From an uncultured virus (IMG/VR IMGVR_UViG_3300021197_001946) (taxonomy: Duplodnaviria; Heunggongvirae; Uroviricota; Caudoviricetes), in the IMG/VR virus record IMGVR_UViG_3300021197_001946: a DNA stretch of 64,000 bases; one strand, given 5' to 3'. Made by a program: the position numbers and the translations under genes. The notes beneath the pieces are model-generated. The model did not search any database. It had not been told where the DNA came from and worked only from the letters and a program-made list of their open reading frames with translations. Shown one piece after another: positions 45,271 to 54,406 of this stretch (position 1 is the first letter of the stretch; every line of letters starts with the position of its first letter).

Positions 45271-45624
45271 ATGACATTACTGATGATTTTGTTAGCATGC
45301 GGTGGTTCAGAGCCGCCGGCAGAAATTCAACAACCACAGGCTAAGATCATAAAGCCAGCACTCCCCGAGCGAACCGCTGGAGAGAAAGCTTATAGGAGAG
45401 CCGGCTGCAGAGCTTGTCATTTGAATTCTGCAACTGGCGCCCCTGATTTGAAAAAATGGAAAGAAGACAATAAAATTGCTGGCGTTCTCGATATAACCCG
45501 TGAAAATATGAAGTCGTATCTTCTGGCACCACAAGATTATGTTGCCGGCTCTATTATGCCACCAACACGTCTCAAGGCAGAAAAATTAAATGATCTCATA
45601 GATTATCTTTTTGAAGAGTTATAA
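45271..45624 (+). CDS. Lipoprotein class I cytochrome c
   Basis: Lipobox-like LLAC; CRACH heme motif; GAPDL; GSIMPP axial Met. Confidence 0.82.
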   Translation: MTLLMILLACGGSEPPAEIQQPQAKIIKPALPERTAGEKAYRRAGCRACHLNSATGAPDLKKWKEDNKIAGVLDITRENMKSYLLAPQDYVAGSIMPPTRLKAEKLNDLIDYLFEEL

Positions 45625-45626
45625 GA

Positions 45627-45827
45627 ATGAGTAAAACACATCATGACATGTGCGGAGCGTGCGAAAACGTTTCTCTGGAATACACCCCAGAGGGTTTTCC
45701 ACAACCGGGTGAGATTGCAGAAAGAATTTTGTCCAAAAATCCGGATTGGGCTAGGCTACACCATATGATAGCTACGGCGATATCGCGCCGCGATAAAATG
45801 TGGCAAGAATATAAAGAAAGTACTTGA
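45627..45827 (+). CDS. Hypothetical protein
   Basis: Short ORF with CGAC. Confidence 0.55.
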   Translation: MSKTHHDMCGACENVSLEYTPEGFPQPGEIAERILSKNPDWARLHHMIATAISRRDKMWQEYKEST

Positions 45828-45852
45828 CTTTACTCTCCAGGTTAGGTATAAT
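45824..45852 (+). promoter_or_regulatory. Sigma70-type promoter
   Basis: TTGACT-17 nt-TATAAT, then AGGAGG RBS. Confidence 0.8.
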
Positions 45853-45881
45853 AAAACATAATCAATTAAGGAGGGTTATTC

Positions 45882-46817
45882 ATGCGAAACTATGGCTATG
45901 CGTGCATCAATATGGGGTTTTCAAATCGCCCCAAGTCACAACGTATTACAACTAACAGAACTATGATCAAACGCACGTTCCAAGAACGTGGTATTGACTA
46001 TGCTTCAGAGCTTGCGCTCCAAAATCTACGCGACCTGCGTAAAATTCTGCAGTGGAATCTGGAGAATGATATTTACTTCTATCGCCTATCATCGGACATT
46101 GTGCCTTGGGCGAGTGAGTATGACTTGCAGGATATGCCCAATTACGGTGCTATCCATGCGGCAGCATTGTCCGCAGGCAACTTTGCCCGTGAACACGGTA
46201 TGCGTATCACATCGCATCCGGGTCCGTTCAATAAACTAGCATCTCCCAAGGAGCGTGTGTTCGAACTTACCAAGACTGATTTATCAGTCCACGGTGATCT
46301 GTTCGACCTTATCGGTCTACCACAAACACCGTATGCCAAGCTCAATATCCACGTTGGTGCCGCTTACGGTGACAAGCCGTTCGCTCTCGACAACTTCTGT
46401 CGCAACTTCGAACGCCTACCTGACAATGTACGCTCACGCCTTACGGTTGAGAACGATGATAAGGCTTCGTTATACTCTACCAAAGAATTGTATGACGGTG
46501 TTTACAAGCGCATCGGCATTCCGATTGTGTTTGATTATCATCACCATATGCTTCATCCCGGTGGTCAGTCCGAACAAGAAGCACTTGAACTTGCTCTGTC
46601 TACGTGGGGTGACATCAAGCCAGTTGTACACTACGCAGAGTCACGCTCAATTGAGCACAACAACCCCAAGATCAAACCTCAAGCACACTCGGATATGATT
46701 CGTAATCCATTCGACGATTACGGTCACGACCTTGACGTTATGATCGAAGCCAAGCACAAAGAGCTTGCACTATTAGAATATCGTGTTATAATGAATGAAC
46801 AAAGGATGGCAGTATGA
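45882..46817 (+). CDS. uvsE: UV damage endonuclease
   Basis: GYACIN, FYRLSSD, HPGPF, NIHVG, LTVENDD, FDYHHH, AHSD, MIEAKHKE. Confidence 0.93.
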   Translation: MRNYGYACINMGFSNRPKSQRITTNRTMIKRTFQERGIDYASELALQNLRDLRKILQWNLENDIYFYRLSSDIVPWASEYDLQDMPNYGAIHAAALSAGNFAREHGMRITSHPGPFNKLASPKERVFELTKTDLSVHGDLFDLIGLPQTPYAKLNIHVGAAYGDKPFALDNFCRNFERLPDNVRSRLTVENDDKASLYSTKELYDGVYKRIGIPIVFDYHHHMLHPGGQSEQEALELALSTWGDIKPVVHYAESRSIEHNNPKIKPQAHSDMIRNPFDDYGHDLDVMIEAKHKELALLEYRVIMNEQRMAV

Positions 46818-47800
46818 AACGAGTATTAATTGTAGATGCATTGAATGCATATTTGAGGGCCTATATCGTTGACCCATCAGTGTCAACAAACGGACAACCT
46901 ATTGGTGGTCTAAAGGGTTTTGTAAAGATCCTTCAAAAACTAGTGCGTCAAACAAAACCAAACGCTGTTGTAGTTTGTTGGGATGGCCCTAATGGCTCCA
47001 AAAAACGCAAAACAATGGATAAAAATTATAAAGCAGGAAGAAAGCCAATTCGGCTGAATAGGTCTGTACATAATTTAACAGACGACGAAGAGTTGCAAAA
47101 CAAGATTTGGCAACAAGGGCGCGTGGTTGAATATCTCAATAATATGCCAATTATTCAAACAATGCTGCCCGAGATTGAAGCAGATGATGTGATCTCCTAT
47201 GTATGCTCATTGGATTATTTTTCAGACTGGCAAAAGATTATTGTATCAAACGATAATGACTTTATGCAAATCTGCGATGATACTACGGTGCTATGGCGCC
47301 CAGTTAAAGATGAAATCTTAAACTCTAAAAGAATTGTTGAAAAAACAGGAATTCATCCAACAAATATGGCGCTTGCCCGGGCCGTAATTGGAGATGCGTC
47401 CGACAACTTGCCAGGTGTTAAAGGCGCTGGATTTAAAACAATCGCTAAACGCATTGGGTTCTTATCAGAGTCAAAAACGTATACTATTGACGATGTGATT
47501 GGACATTGTGAAGCCAAATCAGAAGACAGCAAACTAAAGTTTTTTACTAACGTTGTAGAAGCAAAAGATCTAATTGAGCATAACTATAAGATGATGCAAC
47601 TCTATTCGCCACAAATGTCAGTTCAGGCAAAAATACATGTGAAAGAATCTGTAGAAAATTTTGAATGCGACTTTAACAAAACTGAGATTATTAAGCTTAT
47701 GCGCGAAGATGGATTTGGTGAGTTAAATTGGGAAGAACTTAAGACACACTTAAACAAGATTTCTAACGAGTGTCTTGACGACGCAGTAGAAATGTTTTAA
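46814..47800 (+). CDS. 5'-3' exonuclease (PolI N-terminal/T4 RNase H-like)
   Basis: LIVDALN, CWDG, YKAGR, EADDVI, SNDNDF, GDASDNLPGVKGAGFKT. Confidence 0.9.
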   Translation: MKRVLIVDALNAYLRAYIVDPSVSTNGQPIGGLKGFVKILQKLVRQTKPNAVVVCWDGPNGSKKRKTMDKNYKAGRKPIRLNRSVHNLTDDEELQNKIWQQGRVVEYLNNMPIIQTMLPEIEADDVISYVCSLDYFSDWQKIIVSNDNDFMQICDDTTVLWRPVKDEILNSKRIVEKTGIHPTNMALARAVIGDASDNLPGVKGAGFKTIAKRIGFLSESKTYTIDDVIGHCEAKSEDSKLKFFTNVVEAKDLIEHNYKMMQLYSPQMSVQAKIHVKESVENFECDFNKTEIIKLMREDGFGELNWEELKTHLNKISNECLDDAVEMF

Positions 47801-47808
47801 TTTTATGG

Positions 47809-47836
47809 TTGACTTTACGACAAAATCAGGTATACT
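47809..47836 (+). promoter_or_regulatory. Sigma70-type promoter
   Basis: TTGACT-16 nt-TATACT. Confidence 0.6.
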
Positions 47837-47860
47837 TATATACACTAAGCGGGGGTACTG

Positions 47861-49249
47861 ATGAAAGCAGAGAAAGTAAACTTTGGAAGGTATGGAAAAG
47901 CCTTCCAAGAGGGACTTGTTCAGCTTATCTTTCAAGATCGACCATTCGCAGATCAGATCACAGAAGTGCTCGACGCTAACTTTATTGAGTTAGAATATCT
48001 GCGTGTCTTTCTTCAAAAAATGCTGCAATTCCGACACCGCTACAATAAACATCCTTCTGTAGATGCGATGCTCACGATTATCAAAACGGAGCTTGACGAA
48101 GAGGACGAGGTAATTCAAGAAAAAGTAGAAAACTACTTCACAAGAATGCACCAGCGCGAACTCACTGATATTGATTACATTAAAGAAATCTCATTAGATT
48201 TCTGCAGAAAACAAAATCTCAAAGAAGCAATGATAACCTCTGTGGGGCTGTTACAAAACTGTTCTTTTGATGAAATCTCAAAAACAATTAACGATGCCCT
48301 TAAGCTTGGTTCTGAAAATAATTTTGGTTATGATTATATGGCCGACTTTGAAGAGCGCTTTATGCCAAAGTTTCGCCGGCCGGTTACTAGCGGCTGGAGC
48401 GAGATCGATAACATCACTGGCGGCGGTTTAGGCAAGAGTGAGCTTGGAGTTGTGATTGCGCCAACAGGCGCGGGCAAATCAATGGTTTTAGTTCACCTTG
48501 GCTCTCAAGCTTTAAAAGAAGGTAAAACGGTTGTTCATTACACTCTTGAACTTCAAGATACCGTTATTGCAACTAGATATGATAGTTGTATAACAGGATA
48601 CCCATTATCTGATATAATTAACTTTAAAGAGGAAGTATATGAAGAAATTAAAGACATTGATGGATCGCTTATTGTTAAAGAGTATCCCACTAAATCTGCC
48701 TCCACAAATACAATCCGAGCACATCTTTCTCGGCTTATTAAGCGGGGCATTACTCCTGGAATGGTTATTGTAGATTATGCGGATCTGCTTAAGCCAGTCC
48801 AAGTAAGAAAGGAGAAGAGAGAAGAGTTAGGCTCTATTTATGAAGAACTGAGAGCACTCTCGACAGAATTCCAGTGCCCTATTTGGACAGCTTCACAAAC
48901 TAACCGGTCTGGTCTAAGTGCAGAAGTTATTACAATGGAACAAATCTCGGAAGCGTTTAATAAATGTTTTGTTGCAGACTTTATTCTCTCAGTGTCACGT
49001 ACGATTGAAGATAAGCAGAATAATCAAGGTAAAATATTTATTGCAAAAAATAGAAACGGACCCGATGGAATGGTGTATAATATATTTATGGATACCTCGA
49101 ATGTCAACATAAAGATATTGCCGAAAACACCACAACAGCAAAACACACCAAGCGGCGTTGTCACGGCACCGGTAGCACTTGATCAAAGACAACAGAAAGA
49201 CCTACTAAAACAAAAATATACGAAATTAAGAAGGAAACAAATTAAATGA
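47861..49249 (+). CDS. Replicative DnaB-like helicase (gp41-like)
   Basis: APTGAGKS, YTLEL, IVDYADL, WTASQTNR, AKNRNG. Confidence 0.92.
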   Translation: MKAEKVNFGRYGKAFQEGLVQLIFQDRPFADQITEVLDANFIELEYLRVFLQKMLQFRHRYNKHPSVDAMLTIIKTELDEEDEVIQEKVENYFTRMHQRELTDIDYIKEISLDFCRKQNLKEAMITSVGLLQNCSFDEISKTINDALKLGSENNFGYDYMADFEERFMPKFRRPVTSGWSEIDNITGGGLGKSELGVVIAPTGAGKSMVLVHLGSQALKEGKTVVHYTLELQDTVIATRYDSCITGYPLSDIINFKEEVYEEIKDIDGSLIVKEYPTKSASTNTIRAHLSRLIKRGITPGMVIVDYADLLKPVQVRKEKREELGSIYEELRALSTEFQCPIWTASQTNRSGLSAEVITMEQISEAFNKCFVADFILSVSRTIEDKQNNQGKIFIAKNRNGPDGMVYNIFMDTSNVNIKILPKTPQQQNTPSGVVTAPVALDQRQQKDLLKQKYTKLRRKQIK

Positions 49250-51213
49250 GAACAATAGACAACATACGCAGATTTAGACTGTCAGACACTTTTGTTGATC
49301 CTTATAGGGATCTGGAAGTGCCGTGGGGGCCGCTTGGTTATATTACCTTTAAGCGAACATATGCTAGAAGGTTAAATGAATTCGACCCTGAAGCCACTGG
49401 TACCGAAGAGTGGTGGCAGACATGTCGTCGTGTTGTCGAAGGAATGTTCAATATGCAAAAGCAGCACGTATTCGCCCTGGGGCTTGAATGGAACGACGCC
49501 AAAGCACAGAAGACCGCGAAAGAAGCATACGATCGCTTATTCAACCTCAAATGGACTCCCCCGGGCCGCGGCCTGTGGATGATGGGTACCAAGTTTATTG
49601 AAGAGCGTACTGCGGCTGGGCTATTTAATTGTGCATTTCGTTCAACCAAGGATTTGTCCACAAAAGGAGGCTATCTTTTTGCGTGGATGATGGATGCTTT
49701 GATGGTCGGTATCGGTGTTGGGTTTGATACTGAGGGCGCCGGAACTCTTACTATTTGTGAACCGCAATACACCAATGATACATTAATTATTGATGATTCG
49801 CGCGAAGGCTGGGTGGATTCTGTGCATGCACTACTGGATGGATTTCTATTCGGAGCTAGGGTACCGAAATTCGACTACTCAGCAATTAGGCCCGAAGGCG
49901 CTGAAATCAAAGGATTTGGAGGCACATCTTCTGGTCACGGACCACTTAAAGAATTACATGAGAGCATAATCGAATTATATTCTAAAAAGGTCGGTGAACC
50001 GATCTCATCAGTAGATATTGTTGATACCGAAAACCTTATTGGCCGCTGTGTTGTGGCTGGTAATGTTCGCCGTTCAGCTGCTCTTGCGATGGGGCGTCAT
50101 GACGACACTCATTACTTAGAGATGAAAAACGATTCTGAGAAACTCAGACATCACCGCTGGGGTTCCAATAACTCCTTTAATGCTCTTGTGGGTATGGATT
50201 ATACTTGGCACGCAGCACAGTCACAAAAGAACGGAGAACCAGGCTACATCTGGCTCGATAATGCTCGAACTCGTGGTCGATTTAAGGACGGAGAAAGACT
50301 AGACGATGTTAATGTTGCTGGTTTCAACCCTTGTGTTGAACAACAACTAGAGGATGCAGAGCTTTGTTGTTTGGTAGAGACATTCCCTGCTAAGCACGAC
50401 AATTTAGAGGATTATCTCCGCACTCTCAAGCTAGCGTATCTTTACGGAAAAACAATTACACTTTCCAATACACATTGGCCAGAAACAAACGCTAAAATGC
50501 TTAAAAACCGTCGGATTGGGCTATCTCAATCTGGAGTGGTACAGGCTTTCAATAAACACGGTCGTAGAGAGATGTACAAGTGGTGTGACAAAGCTTATGA
50601 GTTTATCCAAGATTTAGATGAGGAATATTCAAACTGGCTCTGCATCCCCAAGTCGATCCGCACTACGTCAATTAAGCCATCGGGAACAGTCTCTCTTCTT
50701 AATGGCTCCACACCTGGGATTCACTTTCCAGAAGATGAATATTATATTCGGAGAATTCGATTTTCAAAAGACTCGCGATTAGTTGAACCGCTCAAGCGCG
50801 CGGGCTATGCTATTGAAGATGATGTTTATTCACCCAACACAGTTTGCGTTGAGTTCCCAGTACATGAGCCATATTTTATAAAGGGGAAGAGAGATGTCAA
50901 TATGTGGGAACAGCTTGAAATAGCAGCACAGTATCAACACTATTGGGCTGATAATTCTGTTTCGATTACAGTAACATTCAAACCAGAAGAAGCTGACAAC
51001 ATTAAGGACGCCTTAGAGATGTACGAATCAAGACTTAAAGCTGTTTCTTTTTTGAGATACGAAGAAACTGGTTACGAGCAGGCACCATACGAGCCGATTC
51101 CCAAAGAACAGTACGAGAAGCTGATCAAAAACATAACACCGATCACGCGCATTGATACTGAAGAAGAGGGCGCTGGAACAAAGTTCTGCTCTAACGACAC
51201 TTGCACATTATAG
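49246..51213 (+). CDS. nrdJ: Class II (adenosylcobalamin-dependent) ribonucleotide reductase
   Basis: PPGRGLW, NCAF, NVRRSA, FNPCVEQ, TTSIKPSGTVS, C-terminal KFCSNDTC redox pair; no beta subunit gene adjacent. Confidence 0.9.
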   Translation: MRTIDNIRRFRLSDTFVDPYRDLEVPWGPLGYITFKRTYARRLNEFDPEATGTEEWWQTCRRVVEGMFNMQKQHVFALGLEWNDAKAQKTAKEAYDRLFNLKWTPPGRGLWMMGTKFIEERTAAGLFNCAFRSTKDLSTKGGYLFAWMMDALMVGIGVGFDTEGAGTLTICEPQYTNDTLIIDDSREGWVDSVHALLDGFLFGARVPKFDYSAIRPEGAEIKGFGGTSSGHGPLKELHESIIELYSKKVGEPISSVDIVDTENLIGRCVVAGNVRRSAALAMGRHDDTHYLEMKNDSEKLRHHRWGSNNSFNALVGMDYTWHAAQSQKNGEPGYIWLDNARTRGRFKDGERLDDVNVAGFNPCVEQQLEDAELCCLVETFPAKHDNLEDYLRTLKLAYLYGKTITLSNTHWPETNAKMLKNRRIGLSQSGVVQAFNKHGRREMYKWCDKAYEFIQDLDEEYSNWLCIPKSIRTTSIKPSGTVSLLNGSTPGIHFPEDEYYIRRIRFSKDSRLVEPLKRAGYAIEDDVYSPNTVCVEFPVHEPYFIKGKRDVNMWEQLEIAAQYQHYWADNSVSITVTFKPEEADNIKDALEMYESRLKAVSFLRYEETGYEQAPYEPIPKEQYEKLIKNITPITRIDTEEEGAGTKFCSNDTCTL

Positions 51214-51221
51214 GAGAAAAA

Positions 51222-51506
51222 ATGCAATTTAAACCATTAAATCGATATGTTCATATTGATGTAGAGCCAGATAAACAGCCGCAGACCGATAGCGGAATCC
51301 TGCTTCCGGCTGATTTTAAGAAAGAGGAGGCCAGGCATGTCTGTGTTAAAGTCAAATCGTGGGACTCAGAAGTAAGGTTTGCCGACTCCCTTAGTGAAGA
51401 TAGTTGGTTAATAGTAGACAAGTCTATGATAGAGGAAGTAAATGTTAGAGGCAATACGTTTAATTTGGTATTGGATAATTACGTTTTGGGACTATTTACA
51501 AGGTAG
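51222..51506 (+). CDS. groES: GroES-like co-chaperonin
   Basis: MQFKPLNRYVHI...TDSGILLP mobile loop; AGGAG RBS. Confidence 0.78.
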   Translation: MQFKPLNRYVHIDVEPDKQPQTDSGILLPADFKKEEARHVCVKVKSWDSEVRFADSLSEDSWLIVDKSMIEEVNVRGNTFNLVLDNYVLGLFTR

Positions 51507-51543
51507 TAACAAGCAACCTGTCCAACACACCAAAGAAGAAAAC

Positions 51544-52443
51544 ATGGGTATTGATAAGAATTTTTATAATGAATCATCGGCTAAAAATTTAGGCTGGGAT
51601 CCGTCGTGGTTTGGTCAAAAATATTTTGACGAACAACTCGTCAGGGCAATAAAAAAATGGCAACGCACGGCTGGGATATCTCCTGATGGCCTATGTGGCC
51701 CTATGACATATCGACGCATCTGGACAGAGCGACAGGCGGATATCGATGACTATAAGCCGGCTGACTGTCAGTATTCCAATTATATTGTTTATAATGGAGA
51801 ATTTCATTCTATTGAGTGGGACAAAGTGGTCCTCTGGTCAGAAACCGGCGGAATGAAGACTAAAAAAGGCTCCTACTATGATTATACCGGCCGGCCAAAA
51901 AGAGGTGTTCGCCTGTTCGTTAACCACTGGGATGTGTGCCTATCGTCGCGTTCTTGCCAAACAGTGCTCGATAAACGAGGAATTTCAGTGCACTTCTTGA
52001 TAGACAACGATGGAACAATTTACCAAACGTTGGATATGCAGCACGGAGCTTGGCACGCAGGCTCAGAGCGTGTTAATCGAGCCTCGGTCGGAGTGGAAAT
52101 CTCGAACGCCTATTACCCCAAGTATCAAGATTGGTATAAGCGTAACGGCTTCGGCGAAAGGCCAATTGTTTCTGGTGCCCGTGTACATGGCGAAGAATTG
52201 GATGATTTTACTGGATTTTACCCTCAACAAATTGAAGCACTCAAAGCGCTCTGGAAAGCAATTAACACATCTGCCGGCGTCCCGTTACAGGCACCCACAA
52301 ACCAATTCGGTACAACTTCCAAGGGGTACGAACAAGACACTAAATATGGTAAGTTTAGCGGATTCATTAGCCACTACCACGTTAGCAAGGAAAAAATCGA
52401 TTGCGCTGGTTTGGACATTAAAAAAATATTAGATGAATTATAG
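51544..52443 (+). CDS. Endolysin: PG-binding domain + N-acetylmuramoyl-L-alanine amidase
   Basis: AIKKWQ...DGLCGPMT; FVNHWD, SVHFLID.DGTIYQ, AWHAG, GVEI, SHYH, KIDC; late promoter motif at 51492. Confidence 0.85.
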   Translation: MGIDKNFYNESSAKNLGWDPSWFGQKYFDEQLVRAIKKWQRTAGISPDGLCGPMTYRRIWTERQADIDDYKPADCQYSNYIVYNGEFHSIEWDKVVLWSETGGMKTKKGSYYDYTGRPKRGVRLFVNHWDVCLSSRSCQTVLDKRGISVHFLIDNDGTIYQTLDMQHGAWHAGSERVNRASVGVEISNAYYPKYQDWYKRNGFGERPIVSGARVHGEELDDFTGFYPQQIEALKALWKAINTSAGVPLQAPTNQFGTTSKGYEQDTKYGKFSGFISHYHVSKEKIDCAGLDIKKILDEL

Positions 52444-53314
52444 ATACGACAACGTAGTTGTTGGTAGTTCTTTTGAAGCGGTTTTATTTGCATTTACTCA
52501 TCGTTATCCTTTATTGTGTACTGAGTATGATAGGCCGTTTAGGTTCGACTATCTTGACTCTGAGCTTAATCTCGACTCTGTGGGGCTTGATAATAAGCCA
52601 ACAAAGATAAAGACAATATCTGAAGAGCTTATCGTTGGTATTCCTAAATCTTTGTTGTGGGAACGGCTGTTGTTCATACTATCGCTTGAATCATTGAGTC
52701 CCTTATCGAACCTTTGCACATCTTTGCGAAAAATAGATAACAAGATAGTCTGCTCAAATGAATATTCTAAAATAGCAGAGATAGAATTCAATACCTGCCA
52801 CTACTTCTACGATAACAATGCATCGGGATTTGCTATAGAAAAAACACTTGCCTCTGACAAATATATATGCTATGATTGGATAGCAATCAACAGAGGTGGC
52901 AAGCAACAAATCGATCTTATAGAGACAGGTGACCATTTTACAAAAGAAATGTGGTTTTATCCATCAGACCGCATTGATGGTCGAACACCCGTAAAGGATG
53001 TTTGCACGGTCTCCCTGCTCACAGCCGAACAAATAAAAGACTTTAACTACTCAGAAACGATGGCTCGTTTTAAACTCTTACACGAGATGGAGACGAGAGG
53101 TATGAAAGGGCCGTCAAATGGATATGGACCAAATGGAAAACTCAAACATTACAAGATTAGAGCTACTAGCGTCAATCGCACAATCCGTAAGCTCAAGCAC
53201 GAAATTAGATCAAAAACCAGCGATATTAAAATTGCAGAGTTTAACAAAAAAGATTATTACGAAAACTTGCCGGAGGCTTGTGTGGGATACGATAGACTTC
53301 TGAGGCATCTATGA
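52433..53314 (+). CDS. Hypothetical protein with Rossmann-like N-terminus
   Basis: YDNVVVGSSFEA resembles a degenerate FAD-binding motif. Confidence 0.55.
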   Translation: MNYRYDNVVVGSSFEAVLFAFTHRYPLLCTEYDRPFRFDYLDSELNLDSVGLDNKPTKIKTISEELIVGIPKSLLWERLLFILSLESLSPLSNLCTSLRKIDNKIVCSNEYSKIAEIEFNTCHYFYDNNASGFAIEKTLASDKYICYDWIAINRGGKQQIDLIETGDHFTKEMWFYPSDRIDGRTPVKDVCTVSLLTAEQIKDFNYSETMARFKLLHEMETRGMKGPSNGYGPNGKLKHYKIRATSVNRTIRKLKHEIRSKTSDIKIAEFNKKDYYENLPEACVGYDRLLRHL

Positions 53315-54180
53315 AGCATCTAGCTGGCATTATTCCAGTTGCCAATATCGATCATGATTATGGGCTACCATACGATCCTCTGTTGATGCCAATCGAAAAA
53401 GACTATACTATGTTGCAAAGCTCTATACACGAATGTGCGATAGCCGGCTGCAATACGATATGGATTATTGTCAACGACGATTTGTCTCCTGTTTTGAGAA
53501 AGCATATCGGAGAGTGGGTGTACGATCCGGTATACTTTAACCGCACATTCACTAAATTCCCTTCAGAAAATCGCAAGGAGATACCAATTTATTATGTTCC
53601 AATTAATCCTAAACATCGCGATCGATTTGATTCTTATGGGTGGTCTATTTTATATGGATGCTATATGTCCTGGTATACTTCTTATAAGATCTCAAAGTGG
53701 CTCAAGCCGCACAATTTCTATATTTCCTTCCCGATGTCAGTTTACGATATAGCACCGATAAGGGAGAGTCGAAATATTATCACTGATCAGTCGAAGAATT
53801 TTATGATTTCACACAATAGCGAAACGATCTTAGATGGATTGCCGGCGTCATTTACAATGAACGGAGAAGATTATAAAAAATGTAGAGATAATATAAAAAA
53901 ATTAACATCAAGAGAATATTTACCCCCTGGGGAGGGTGAGCAATATCCGTCTAAAAAGCTACCTCTTGAAGAGCGCTGGTCAGCGCGCTCATTTGACTTG
54001 AAGACTGTCTTCTCTCCCTTGAACTCTAAAGAGGTGCACAAGGAGCACGCCACCTTTTTTTTCGATAATAGAAAATGGGAAAATTATGTTAAAATGATTA
54101 GCAGTGACAATAGAATAGTCATACCGAATAAAGAATTACTCAAACCTCGCTTCCACAATAAAATACCACATGTTGATTGA
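53311..54180 (+). CDS. Nucleotidyltransferase-like (GT-A/NTP transferase) protein, degenerate
   Basis: LAGIIPVA, LLMPI, SIHECAIAGCNTIWIIVN resemble sugar-phosphate nucleotidyltransferase N-termini. Confidence 0.5.
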   Translation: MKHLAGIIPVANIDHDYGLPYDPLLMPIEKDYTMLQSSIHECAIAGCNTIWIIVNDDLSPVLRKHIGEWVYDPVYFNRTFTKFPSENRKEIPIYYVPINPKHRDRFDSYGWSILYGCYMSWYTSYKISKWLKPHNFYISFPMSVYDIAPIRESRNIITDQSKNFMISHNSETILDGLPASFTMNGEDYKKCRDNIKKLTSREYLPPGEGEQYPSKKLPLEERWSARSFDLKTVFSPLNSKEVHKEHATFFFDNRKWENYVKMISSDNRIVIPNKELLKPRFHNKIPHVD

Positions 54181-54406
54181 ATTTGATATAGAAAAAACTA
54201 CACTCGGACGTATCCCAGTAGGGGGCCTGTTTACATATAACAATAAACTATGGAAAGTAGTCAACAAAATAGACGGGGAAAGTAAGTCGCTTGTGGCAAA
54301 TGTAGGAAATGGATGTAGAGACAGTTTTTCGCTTGCATTTTTGGAGAAGGTGTGCTATATTATAGAAGCTAGAAACATTCAGGAGGGCACTTATGAATCG
54401 AGTTGA
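54170..54406 (+). CDS. Hypothetical protein
   Basis: Short ORF overlapping its neighbours. Confidence 0.45.
   Translation: MLIEFDIEKTTLGRIPVGGLFTYNNKLWKVVNKIDGESKSLVANVGNGCRDSFSLAFLEKVCYIIEARNIQEGTYESS
54333..54361 (+). promoter_or_regulatory. Sigma70-type promoter for dnaE
   Basis: TTGCAT-17 nt-TATATT with extended TG; AGGAGG downstream. Confidence 0.6.
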
